Virus record (IMG/VR): IMGVR_UViG_3300042546_000893 | Location: 1-64,000 of that record | From: a virus | Lineage: Duplodnaviria; Caudoviricetes | Reading direction: 5' to 3' (one strand) | DNA length: 64,000 nt | In this document: positions 19,101-26,916 of the stretch, in pieces | Layout of the letters: each line of letters begins with the position of its first letter | How positions within the stretch are numbered: the stretch's first letter is position 1 | The notes under the pieces: model-generated | Seen by the model: the letters and a program-made list of their open reading frames with translations, nothing else | The model's database searches: none | What the model was told of the DNA's origin: nothing | Translations under genes and position numbers: made by a program

Positions 19101-19923
19101 AGCTACACCAGAAGAAATCGTTGCGGGTCAAATGAATCTTGAAGCGAAGCTAATGGCAGGACAAGGATTAGCTTTGCAAGCCTCACTTTTACCCTTACAG
19201 TCTCAACTATTGGATTTTTCCCAACAACAGGAAATCATGAGTTTAGACCAAAAACAAAAGCTAGACCGGATGCAAGCTAAGTCTGAACTAGCTAACACAT
19301 TGCCAGAGGGAAGACAGAAAGCACAACTAAAGCAATCAATTATCAATGAAGCCTTGAGTGATGTTTTTGGTAAGAATGTTACCGATTGGAACTATACCAG
19401 CGTCCTAGATCAAATTCAACGAGGTAATCAAGCCGACCTGAATAAATTAATTACAGGGAAGGATCGAAGGGTGATGCCTCGAAATATGGGATATGTTTAT
19501 ACTGACTATGGGAAAGCCCCCGAAGTTCAGGGGTTAAACGTTCCATCAGATCACGAGGATCGAACCTCAATGAGACAACGATCAGGGTCGGTTTATATAG
19601 ATTACGGGAAAGCCCCCGAAGTTCAAGGGTTAAACGTTCCATCAGATCGCTTTGATGAGATATTAAAAAAAATACAATCACTAAGCGATCCCATTTCTCC
19701 TGACTTACGGATGGGGACACCTTCCGCACCAAGTCTTAGTATTGGCCAGACGGAGTACACTCGATTCCAACAATATGCTCAGAACGTAGAGAATAACGTC
19801 AAGATGGAAGTGGGGGGGATAAAGATAACAGTTACTTCGCCGGGTGATGTTGGTAAAGACTTAGAACAGGAAATGTTAAATACTTTTGATCGGATTATGG
19901 TGGAAGCTAAGAGACGGATGTAA
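13126..19923 (+). CDS. Tail tape measure protein (TP901-type core)
   Basis: 2265 aa; GITTIQELSQTFG...AGISIEDLAAATAVLT core; long coiled coils. Confidence 0.92.
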   Translation: MADATASLKLGLIDDGFVAGVSSASTQLTSLQLASTAVGAALPLLEKGLRANATQYLLGSKNAELLATNLGKIVNSNKELGSLLGKASNIGYYALQLTTLAKGASDAYTTLNRIPEALEQMNRSGVSTDSIQGFMTLRDAISGSQVAVESFAQVAVAKLNAVESASARVGTILKSSTEFTESGTARRATATDLNKNRKQIQKLLRDKLDNAVTTTDALLGQYEVLSGGFTSEKTSQQVAESGFKLLGIAKAGGQAADPTATLQLLTKTLRAYGLEASQANRVSAILNGTVENGITTIQELSQTFGQASQVAKTAGISIEDLAAATAVLTAQGTSTPVALTGIQALARSIIDKTPEAAKEIAKLRDKEGNRIRFDIREVQQKGLAKSVQDIFEATGGDQTKLAQILPDTLAYRTALGLNSNKGQDFTNVTANIKANANVTSLDEVFKGATDDKISRFQKIANRFEETIIQLGESLAPVFEPGLKYLEQASKLVANIPDPIKKAIGAYLSFQIQTKTVGLAFKQLSGAVISVLGNFALLRVINLVITGQFGKQVAVIKDLILQKKGLGAVVKQLLGFDQSRLLVTKEATDAIVKEGVIQKTVNAAREQANNIIKKNIKGFVDQTEVVKNSGVVINSTKGKFAEFVEAIKGTTVGKKIEEITGKFSGQKAAIQELTKKTQEYFNTLKNTAGEGIEKIKSPQPSEMDRQVEAYAAKRRAEIEKNIPDSPDSFGEMLEVDPEAKRETRRRELLAERERRNKIRRQQRLDSLIPDTEGKTFGESFGIDLPFGDFAEIENREAKNKRRQLLEDIRTRRAARDAGVASVASNAVGDGLSFGDFLSGGGDAPRVDRDSLRDRAAGRGFGNLNRTRERSAIASRAIASQVSLFESLKSVSGSAFSAIGKGVKSSFGLIIELAGGAITALGPIVPLGLAIGAAFALAGKEIIHIFGGGTANKISKGIDEITKALKELEKESGKDGALLEFKANLVALSESNTGNADALDPLKNKLNELKEAGNLTSGQFATMSKAMQKAGEDGKVTAQELSILQNQIEAFRAGAPGEIEKGIGDRIGEVFSLEGLGKATNFIGNLNAAVITTLYNPWKGITTIDEANANREGDRLIKMQSKLRNEILNEVGDNTTDTIKQTKELNAGLFQTEEARKLASKGSQVQGVVLEKENKETNDLIKANELLISGYQSQQKERQKLLDETTDTGLKEQIKGQFDNAQNQIDNLQKRTEALKQAREQITKYYNETLPVLQQAVVASSVNPLEGNNALDDAFSVFKEKYIDKGKVFLKDVQQQRTEGQAVLDQILQNYDRNLLKSGDVANKVKDVLDKSFITLTKDGKQIKGSIFDIDTQKNLISQIAQFSSQATAERISQIELESSTAVTAGQLRQATEEDVIKKTSGLQQEKLGLQKKQLESEIELRLQYGIKVTDLENQLKQTNLEIAQAEFNEREKLIQKRLERQIQAMETEKTLISAQVAERGLSEEDAQTKMAGLQIKESKLRADELKRQLDQFKANGVKNVELENEYAQARNQIRGAEAKEKERLIQQELQEKIKSLDIEQLAVEVGLSERTTSEKSAQNAISKYRIDQEKLKLAELDRQLEELKSNGSKSVSLEQETAIARSRVRKMEADEKNRVEDLDFETQKKQLENENQRAGLRRQALESEYDLLQKQAQLVEAITSSRNQLADTESRYVQSQLQNQAKLTRDPLKQAEIELRIIKEREVDLVRTQKAELESLATRQKLADLDLKRQVFQIQSQKLEAESQAQILKFELERATRQKRSPEEIEAIKLQIQGNKQRTESLTQQLNLTGQQINQQGEINKNEQKRVRLTQQIESENAKIEKKLAKQKLIQEQIDKATKPFVLSQQQIQQGYDKQTAALEKQNTIFSFQKQLIEAKQRAISDRLGIVTSELGLASQLIVNDKQRQVLAQATATIKLKALDQQQKAEREVLLLNQQQAKVQQQIDAIKLKGQQAQNKAEVAQAQADLAKLEASGATPEEIVAGQMNLEAKLMAGQGLALQASLLPLQSQLLDFSQQQEIMSLDQKQKLDRMQAKSELANTLPEGRQKAQLKQSIINEALSDVFGKNVTDWNYTSVLDQIQRGNQADLNKLITGKDRRVMPRNMGYVYTDYGKAPEVQGLNVPSDHEDRTSMRQRSGSVYIDYGKAPEVQGLNVPSDRFDEILKKIQSLSDPISPDLRMGTPSAPSLSIGQTEYTRFQQYAQNVENNVKMEVGGIKITVTSPGDVGKDLEQEMLNTFDRIMVEAKRRM
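19495..19648 (+). repeat. Two ~58-bp direct repeats, 96 bp apart, at the tape measure 3' end
   Basis: VYxDYGKAPEVQGLNVPSD encoded twice (19495-19552, 19591-19648). Confidence 0.9.
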
Positions 19924-19970
19924 ATTGTTTTTATTAAATTGTATGTTCTATACTACAACTTAATAAAAAA

Positions 19971-20022
19971 TGATATAATTAATAATAACAAAACCCCTCG
20001 CGGTGCGCTTAACACCCAGGGG
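19971..20022 (+). promoter_or_regulatory. Extended -10 promoter plus conserved leader hairpin
   Basis: TGATATAAT at 19971-19979; CCCCT-CGC-GGTG-loop-CACC-C-AGGGG at 19994-20022. Confidence 0.6.
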
Positions 20023-20050
20023 TAGTAACTACTATTAAGGAAATAGTCAC

Positions 20051-20593
20051 ATGGATAATATTACCAGAGCCGAACGTTCTACAGTTAAATTTTGTGAGGG
20101 TGTCGAAGTCGATGGGTATTTATTGCCGTCCGGTGAGTTTAGGGTTGGCAAAATTTCGACTGCGCTGGCACTGGGATACGGAAAAGATTGGGTAACTCGG
20201 ACTATAAACGGGGTCGCATCGGGCAAAGGTAAAGACGCTGAAACCCTTACCCAGTGGGGATTTAGTGGGGTCGCATCCCCTGTAGAAATCACTGGATCGG
20301 CTAGAGGGACTACAATCTCGGAAACTATCAGCTTAAAAGATTTTCGGCAATTGATTAGATTAGCTGCAAAGAGAGGTAAACCACAAGCTGAAGCGTTACT
20401 GGATGCCCTGTTAGACGTGGGGATTGAGGATTGGTTTAGATTGGCTTTCGGTCAAGAGCAACTTACCCTAGAGGAAAAGCGCAATAGATTTTATAAAGCA
20501 TACGCGGCGACTATTGACTGGTTACTTGAGGATAGGCAGGAATTGAGATTGATTGAGGATCAAGAATTATTTTTAGCTGGCAACTGGAATTAA
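20051..20593 (+). CDS. Antirepressor-like DNA-binding protein (P63C-associated N-terminal type, tentative)
   Basis: VEVDGYLLPSGEFRV pattern; has its own promoter and terminator (moron). Confidence 0.5.
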   Translation: MDNITRAERSTVKFCEGVEVDGYLLPSGEFRVGKISTALALGYGKDWVTRTINGVASGKGKDAETLTQWGFSGVASPVEITGSARGTTISETISLKDFRQLIRLAAKRGKPQAEALLDALLDVGIEDWFRLAFGQEQLTLEEKRNRFYKAYAATIDWLLEDRQELRLIEDQELFLAGNWN

Positions 20594-20605
20594 GCATTTA
20601 AAAAG

Positions 20606-20634
20606 GCACGGATTTAACCCCGTGCACCTATTTT
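20606..20634. terminator. Intrinsic terminator between convergent genes
   Basis: GCACGG-ATTTAACC-CCGTGC flanked by A and T runs. Confidence 0.6.
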
Positions 20635-20666
20635 ATGGATTGAAATAATAAAGACAATCCCAACAA

Positions 20667-23600
20667 TTATAAGAAAGTTGATGGCGGGATTAATCGAGAT
20701 GGGACATTCTCTAATTCAAAAACCCCTTGAGCTCCGAACAAAGGATCTAGCCAAACCTCCAAAGGATAGCCTGTGCCTAACTTGTCTCTATCTGTGGCAC
20801 TGTTAGGGATTAATTCTTGATCTAATACAAAATCAATCTCAATCGGATATCCCACGCTAAGGGTCATCGTCCCTGTGGCAAAAGGTTTATTATTCAGGTT
20901 GCCTTGAAAAACGATGGTAGAAGATATAGATAGAATCCTGCGCTTGCGTCTTTCCCCATTAACAAAATAGGTTAGCCGATCACCTGGACGCATCGAGGGA
21001 TTAAAAAAAGTGGTGAAGTTTTCCGTGTAACTGTTCCGAGCGTTCTCTATATCCAGATTGGTTTTAATTGCCGTCCTGACTTCCCCTAGAGTTTTGGCAT
21101 AAGGAAAGCTCATTGACCCCGATACTAATTGGTCAAAGGGTGTTTTGTCCGGCGCTGATGGTGTCCAGACTTTATAACGGTATCTCTTAGGATCGGATTG
21201 GTTTTGCTTTTCCTCTGTTTCTGCCGGGTTCTCCTCCTCTACCCGCTCCCAGATTGGAGGTAGTCGTCTTGATGATTCCGGTCTACCTTCAACTTCCTCT
21301 GTTTTGTTTTCTGCAATCTGAGAGCCAAATCCCGACCCATTCCCCCCTGTTGAGGATGATTTTGTATAGGCAATAAAAGTATCTTTTTCGCTATCTCCAG
21401 TATTCCTATATCCCGGCGTGTTTAAACTTCGATTAATTTTTACCTTGTAGGATTCAGAGGTTTCCGAGCCTGTAGTTAAAGGGGGAAATTCTGGCTTTTC
21501 CTTTTCGTTATTGGGTTTCTTCTGATTAAATTCTCTGATTGCGGGATTCCTGGGATCTTCCATTGATGCCATAGCCCTAACTATTTTACTCCTAGCTGTA
21601 ACAATATAAGGTTGTTGAAACGTCCTGTCTATTGCTGCCAATCGTCGGCTCGTTCCGTCTGGCATACACCACTTAACCTCATCAACACCCTGAACCGCCG
21701 CGTCTTTGTAATATTTATCCATTGGCTCATGATAGTAAGTCTCCCTCTCAAAGATAGAAATTCGCTGCGGGGTATAGGCTTTTCCTGCTAATTCCTTAGT
21801 CATTCGGTCGGCTTCGGTGGCTTTGTCTCCTAGTTCGCTATATCGTTGTTGAGATGAGAGTGTGGGATATTGTTCCGTTGGATCGGCTTCTGAATCTGAA
21901 ACATTAATTTCTGGCTCCGTAGCGAAAACGTGAAACCGCCATCCTGTTTTTTGATAACCCAAATATAAGCCTTCATAAGCGGTTTCTCCCTGACTATAAG
22001 AATGTTGGGTTGTAGTTTCTTCTATTATTTGCCAAAACCCTCTAACGTCAACTTTCTTTAACTTCCAAACGCCCTGATTGTATTCGTAAATATCCTTAGC
22101 TAACGGCCCATTGAAAGCATATTTTTGTTCTGTAACTTGAAACTCAAAACCATCAATAGTTTTAATCTCTCGTTTAACCTTGACGTAGTTTTGTCCAGAC
22201 TTCCAGAAGGAAACCGACAAATCATTAATATTAACTGAATTAGGCGGTGTAGCTGCTATATCAGGGTCTTCTGTCCTTTGCTCATATTTGCGCTGTCTCA
22301 TTCGGTATTCTGGCAGTGTAGGCGCTCTATTCCCTTGATTTTCCTCCTTCTGTTCCTGGAACTTTTCAAGAAATTCTCCCGTGACTTCTTGCTTCGGCCA
22401 TATATAAGAAGCCCCATAAATATTAGTTACATCTTCATTCTTTAAGGTAATAGTCTGTTTGGGTGTGATACTGTTTGGCAATCCCACAATAATTTCCTGT
22501 TGAAAGGCGGAATTAGGGGTAAGCGATCGCTGTTTACCTGTGGAACAGTTAACAGAAATTGCCGATAAAACATCCGTTTCTTGTAATAGCCATTCCTTTG
22601 TTGAGTCCCATTTTTTGCAGTAGACAGTATCAGAGTCCGATAAATCTAAAAAACAATTATTCTGTCTTAACCTCGATTGAATTTCACTCCGTGGTATTCT
22701 CCCTTCCTCTGGACTAACATCATTGGGGACTGGTATTTCCCCCTCCATTCCTGATAACTTCCCCCCAGCTTCACTGCAAAGCCACGTTAACGTTCTTGAT
22801 TCAGCTAATTTACTTTCGGGTTGCGATGGGCTGTTAGTTAAGCATTCAGGGTCAACACCTGAGCTGAGTGAGAAAGCATGGTAAGAAATCTTCCAATCCC
22901 CAGAATAGAGAATAGGTGACAGTCCATCCAGAGGATCATTGTCATTGTACTTTCTGGGAACCAAAGGAACCTCTGTATCAAGCCACCAATGGGGATCTGT
23001 TAAGGAAATTGAAACCTCTATTTTTGGGTGCGATAACTCCGATCTCATCTTTTCATTAATCTCTAGCCCATCTACTCGCCACCCAATCCCGAACGCTTCA
23101 AACTTTGCGCCCCGGCATAAATGTTTCAAAACTAAACTCTTATAACTAAACCAAGTCTCGAAACTCATCTGTCCGTTTTGAGATTGTTCTAAGGATGTGG
23201 AATAACTGAACTGACCCAATAAAGGCAACCATTGTAAAACCGTTGGCAACTTATCTATATAGTCAGTATCGTAATTAATATTAGATGTGTTGTTGACAAC
23301 CGATATCTTAATGGGTGTAGTATTTGCTGTTACCTTAACTCCCGATACCTGTACAGCTAAATTTTGCGGGGCTGTGAGGATGGTTTTGGCTAAAGACTGA
23401 ACAGGAATAAAGGTTAATTCTTGGGATGTAGAATTGTAAACCGCTTGACCCTGCAACAAATCCCCTGCAAGTGTTCCGGGCGGTTTGACCGTGTAGCTAA
23501 TCCCACCAATATAGACACTCGTAGCACTGCTATAGTTTGGGACTGATACGGTTACGGGGTTGGCAGGGGATGTGACTTGAATATATTTTGGTTCTGAGTA

Positions 23601-23906
23601 TTGAGCGATCGCCACCTGTTGAGTATAGGGATTATAAATAAATTCATCCGGTGCGAGTTGTGCCGTGTCTACTGATTCCGATAATTGGTAAACCTTATTA
23701 TTGACAACAACTGAGACAATCTTCTGACTTTGAGGTGTAGGGATAATTAAAACCGGATCGGTCGTGGGACTTACTGCTACAATAGAAACATCATCTTTAA
23801 CTAATATTTCCTTACTTAACCCGTCGGGAACTCCCAAGGATAAACCAAAAGCACCGGACTGTTTAGTATTTAGATTTAATTGCGGGGTGTTTAATTTTAA
23901 GTACAT
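20667..23906 (-). CDS. Large putative tail-tip/baseplate-hub protein
   Basis: 1079 aa, beta-rich; C-terminal FNPSMRPGDRL...RILSISSTI typical of tail hubs; near tape measure. Confidence 0.5.
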   Translation of the reverse strand: MYLKLNTPQLNLNTKQSGAFGLSLGVPDGLSKEILVKDDVSIVAVSPTTDPVLIIPTPQSQKIVSVVVNNKVYQLSESVDTAQLAPDEFIYNPYTQQVAIAQYSEPKYIQVTSPANPVTVSVPNYSSATSVYIGGISYTVKPPGTLAGDLLQGQAVYNSTSQELTFIPVQSLAKTILTAPQNLAVQVSGVKVTANTTPIKISVVNNTSNINYDTDYIDKLPTVLQWLPLLGQFSYSTSLEQSQNGQMSFETWFSYKSLVLKHLCRGAKFEAFGIGWRVDGLEINEKMRSELSHPKIEVSISLTDPHWWLDTEVPLVPRKYNDNDPLDGLSPILYSGDWKISYHAFSLSSGVDPECLTNSPSQPESKLAESRTLTWLCSEAGGKLSGMEGEIPVPNDVSPEEGRIPRSEIQSRLRQNNCFLDLSDSDTVYCKKWDSTKEWLLQETDVLSAISVNCSTGKQRSLTPNSAFQQEIIVGLPNSITPKQTITLKNEDVTNIYGASYIWPKQEVTGEFLEKFQEQKEENQGNRAPTLPEYRMRQRKYEQRTEDPDIAATPPNSVNINDLSVSFWKSGQNYVKVKREIKTIDGFEFQVTEQKYAFNGPLAKDIYEYNQGVWKLKKVDVRGFWQIIEETTTQHSYSQGETAYEGLYLGYQKTGWRFHVFATEPEINVSDSEADPTEQYPTLSSQQRYSELGDKATEADRMTKELAGKAYTPQRISIFERETYYHEPMDKYYKDAAVQGVDEVKWCMPDGTSRRLAAIDRTFQQPYIVTARSKIVRAMASMEDPRNPAIREFNQKKPNNEKEKPEFPPLTTGSETSESYKVKINRSLNTPGYRNTGDSEKDTFIAYTKSSSTGGNGSGFGSQIAENKTEEVEGRPESSRRLPPIWERVEEENPAETEEKQNQSDPKRYRYKVWTPSAPDKTPFDQLVSGSMSFPYAKTLGEVRTAIKTNLDIENARNSYTENFTTFFNPSMRPGDRLTYFVNGERRKRRILSISSTIVFQGNLNNKPFATGTMTLSVGYPIEIDFVLDQELIPNSATDRDKLGTGYPLEVWLDPLFGAQGVFELENVPSRLIPPSTFL

Positions 23907-23945
23907 AATATTATTATAAATTCATAAGTCTATTCTAATTATAAT

Positions 23946-24527
23946 ATGGCTGTAATCACTGGCAAGTTAATTTTTGAAACTCCATCCTCAATCAAAGATA
24001 AATATTATGAAGCCCTGACCTGGAGGGATGGCGACGGTGCAATCCGTAAATCCTACTTTAACGACAGTGGAAACCTAGAGTTAATGATTCCGGGTGACAA
24101 GTATCAAGAGAACCCCAACCCGTCCCCCGGCTCCGTATCTAATCGCTTCGGCGGTGACTGGGTACAAGTTAGTAATATCCGGTTTGGCTTCTCGATTGAC
24201 GTGATTGAAGAAATGGCAGAATTGCGTTTTATCTTTCAGGAATTAAGGCGTTACCAAGGGGCAACTATTCAAAGCAGTAAATCATTTAGGGCTTTAAGGG
24301 TTTGGGATTATGTAGGGTTTGATATTGCTGATTATGCCGCGGGCGTTACAGAGCGTCATGTTAAAATATTAGGGATAGAACCTCAAGGGGGATCGGGCGT
24401 GATGCAAAAAGGATCTCAACAGTGTGTTAGTGGTAGTGTAACTAATACCCCTGACAGTCCCAGACGGTTTTTAGGGCAACCATTCAAGGTAACATTTGAG
24501 GAGTTTGGACACCGTGAAACCTATTAA
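23946..24527 (+). CDS. Hypothetical phage protein (possibly distal tail)
   Basis: 193-aa ORF divergent from the hub-like gene. Confidence 0.55.
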   Translation: MAVITGKLIFETPSSIKDKYYEALTWRDGDGAIRKSYFNDSGNLELMIPGDKYQENPNPSPGSVSNRFGGDWVQVSNIRFGFSIDVIEEMAELRFIFQELRRYQGATIQSSKSFRALRVWDYVGFDIADYAAGVTERHVKILGIEPQGGSGVMQKGSQQCVSGSVTNTPDSPRRFLGQPFKVTFEEFGHRETY

Positions 24528-24531
24528 TGTC

Positions 24532-24741
24532 ATGACAGAAATAAAAGGAAAATATCAAATTTCATTATGTAGAGGTCAAAACTGTTGCCCTCAGTTAATC
24601 ATTGAGAATGGTAAGTATATTATTACCGATGATTCCGGCGGGAGGGTTGTACTGGATAAAAGTAATATTGACGAATTAATTAATCAGTATCAGGAATTTC
24701 AGGATTTAAAATCACTCAAGGAATGGTCGTTAGGTAAATAA
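24532..24741 (+). CDS. Small hypothetical protein (CxxxxCCP motif)
   Basis: Likely ATG 24532; coupled to next gene. Confidence 0.55.
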   Translation: MTEIKGKYQISLCRGQNCCPQLIIENGKYIITDDSGGRVVLDKSNIDELINQYQEFQDLKSLKEWSLGK

Positions 24742-25052
24742 TGCTATCTGATTTAATTGTTTTCCTATTACTGTCTCTCGGTTTGCGGTGGTTTATTTTT
24801 AAGCACTCCCTACTCTATCCTGTTCGGGTGTGGCTTGAAAGCTCCAAGGCACAGTCATTCTTTAGTAAATTATTTCAATGCCCCTACTGCCAAACCTTTG
24901 AGGCTTCTGTTATTGTGTATCTGGTACTCATGCCATTTTCACCTGCTATTGGGTTTCTAGCAGGTTTATTTAATGGCTATGTTGCGATCGCAGTTGAAAA
25001 CTTAATTGAATCCCAAATTGATAAGTTTGAGGCAAGAAACGAAAACAAATAA
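24741..25052 (+). CDS. DUF1360-like membrane protein (possible holin-like)
   Basis: Hydrophobic segments with LFQCPYC motif. Confidence 0.55.
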   Translation: MLSDLIVFLLLSLGLRWFIFKHSLLYPVRVWLESSKAQSFFSKLFQCPYCQTFEASVIVYLVLMPFSPAIGFLAGLFNGYVAIAVENLIESQIDKFEARNENK

Positions 25053-25109
25053 AAAAGTAAGTGCGCTGCAAACGGTTAGGTTGAAATTGCTGCATAAAAA
25101 GTTAGGGAT

Positions 25110-25946
25110 TTAAGCGATATCAAATAGACTCAATTGTTTAAATTCAGGTTTGTTTAATTCTTTAATTTCTATCTCTAATTCTGAGTATTCCCTGGGTTGA
25201 TTAATCCTGTCACAAGCAATATCAAAATATTCCTTTTCCTTTTCGATGCAGATATAATTACGTCCCAATTCTTTGCAGGCTACCGCAGTCGTACCACTGC
25301 CACAGAAAGGGTCTATTACCACGTCCCCAGGGTTTGTTATCCACTGAATAAGTGTTGAAAAAACTTTTATTGGTTTTTGAGTGGGGTGTTCTGACCGTTC
25401 GGAAATCTTCATGCAGGGCTTGTTAGGAGCATCAATAACATCGGTTTGATGTCTTGTTCCTAGGTTTATCTCAACAAATCCGTCAGGGTTCCCCATCGTC
25501 AATTGACCGCCCCATGAACTTCTTTTTATTCCAGGGTTTTTCTTCTCGTAGGGTTCCCCATCTTTTGTTATCTTGTTAAAGGTAATCTCACTTACTTGAT
25601 AGTTGGGATGAGCAAACACCGCATATATTTCCATTTTTGAGGGTGGTTTCTTTGCGTTGTAACTTCTGAACCCGTGATTTGGTTTTAACCATACTCCAGT
25701 CCACCTTATAGGAAATACTAATGAGAACTTTGCCAACAATTCTATAGATCCAAATGTAGCTATTTGCCCAGTATCTTTTAGTTTTAATAGTAATAAACTT
25801 AAAAGACTATCAATGTCATAATTTGCTTGGTCAAAATGTAAGCTAGTCGTTAAATAAGGCGGGTCAGTTATCACAGCGTCAATACTTTTGTCAGGAATAT
25901 CTTTCATTACCTCCAAACAATCCCCATGAATAATTTGATTTAACAT
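25110..25946 (-). CDS. DNA methyltransferase, N4-C/N6-A beta class
   Basis: DPPY, HPTQKP and DPFCGSGTT motifs. Confidence 0.92.
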   Translation of the reverse strand: MLNQIIHGDCLEVMKDIPDKSIDAVITDPPYLTTSLHFDQANYDIDSLLSLLLLKLKDTGQIATFGSIELLAKFSLVFPIRWTGVWLKPNHGFRSYNAKKPPSKMEIYAVFAHPNYQVSEITFNKITKDGEPYEKKNPGIKRSSWGGQLTMGNPDGFVEINLGTRHQTDVIDAPNKPCMKISERSEHPTQKPIKVFSTLIQWITNPGDVVIDPFCGSGTTAVACKELGRNYICIEKEKEYFDIACDRINQPREYSELEIEIKELNKPEFKQLSLFDIA

Positions 25947-26016
25947 CTTAATTAATTAGCATTATTTAATATTATATTTATAAAATAACTCCTAATTATA
26001 GGGGTTATTTCGTTAA

Positions 26017-26805
26017 TTATTCCCCAATAATCATTTGGCGATCGCCTTTCTGATTTGCCCACAACTCCAACTCCGTATCCAACTCAATACCTTGATCAAG
26101 TTCATTGGCAACATTCAAGAAATTAGACACTTCTGACAGTGGCAGTTCAAACCATTCACCACGAATCCGGTAGGCATCATGATATTCATGCAGTAATCTC
26201 TCTAACTGAGGGGCATCTACTGAAAAATATCTGTACAGGACTCTGATTTCAAATGGAGTAGATGTCTGTATATTTGATGCTCTTTTGTAAACTTCTTTTG
26301 AGTAGCCTATCTTGTAGCGTTGCACTCCCACCGATTCTATCAGATAGACAAACCCAGACGGATCTCGTTCAAATCCTGAAGTTTTTGGGAATATGTCAGG
26401 GTTGCATCCTGTAAAGTGTTTTATTAATCCGTCAAAAAGCGTTAACTTTACAGCAAAATAAGATTGCGCTTGTGCAATTTCAATCTTACGAGGATCGGCA
26501 CTTATTACGACCAGATAGCAGGCATATCGAGAAAGCTGATAATCGTCCCCAAACCGACCTTTGCTAGTAGGCAACCCCGGTAAGTGGGTGAAATGCTCGT
26601 CTGGGTTCCCATTGGAGTTTTTGAGCGAGATTTTAGACCTTTCTATGGCATTCTCAAACCTTTGCCATTTGACGTATCCCAAAAGTTTCATCAACTCCCG
26701 TGCTAACCAGTATTCGCAGCCTTCACGGTCAACGCGCTTAATTGAGTCAAAAGGGGATTTGGATTGACTGTGATCTTGATTGCCAGATAATGCTATATTA
26801 GACAT
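26017..26805 (-). CDS. Bro-N/DinD-like DNA-binding domain fused to T5orf172 (GIY-YIG-like) domain
   Basis: EYWLARELMKLLGY..W..F and GFVYLI...YKIGYS...GEWF; likely start 26805. Confidence 0.8.
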   Translation of the reverse strand: MSNIALSGNQDHSQSKSPFDSIKRVDREGCEYWLARELMKLLGYVKWQRFENAIERSKISLKNSNGNPDEHFTHLPGLPTSKGRFGDDYQLSRYACYLVVISADPRKIEIAQAQSYFAVKLTLFDGLIKHFTGCNPDIFPKTSGFERDPSGFVYLIESVGVQRYKIGYSKEVYKRASNIQTSTPFEIRVLYRYFSVDAPQLERLLHEYHDAYRIRGEWFELPLSEVSNFLNVANELDQGIELDTELELWANQKGDRQMIIGE

Positions 26806-26916
26806 AGATTTCCAATAAATTATTACAACGTTTTTGAGAAAAGCCGGAGAAGGTAGAAAACCTCTGGCTTTTCTCTTTTTTATTATACACCAAAACACTT
26901 TAAGCTATTTATTCCA

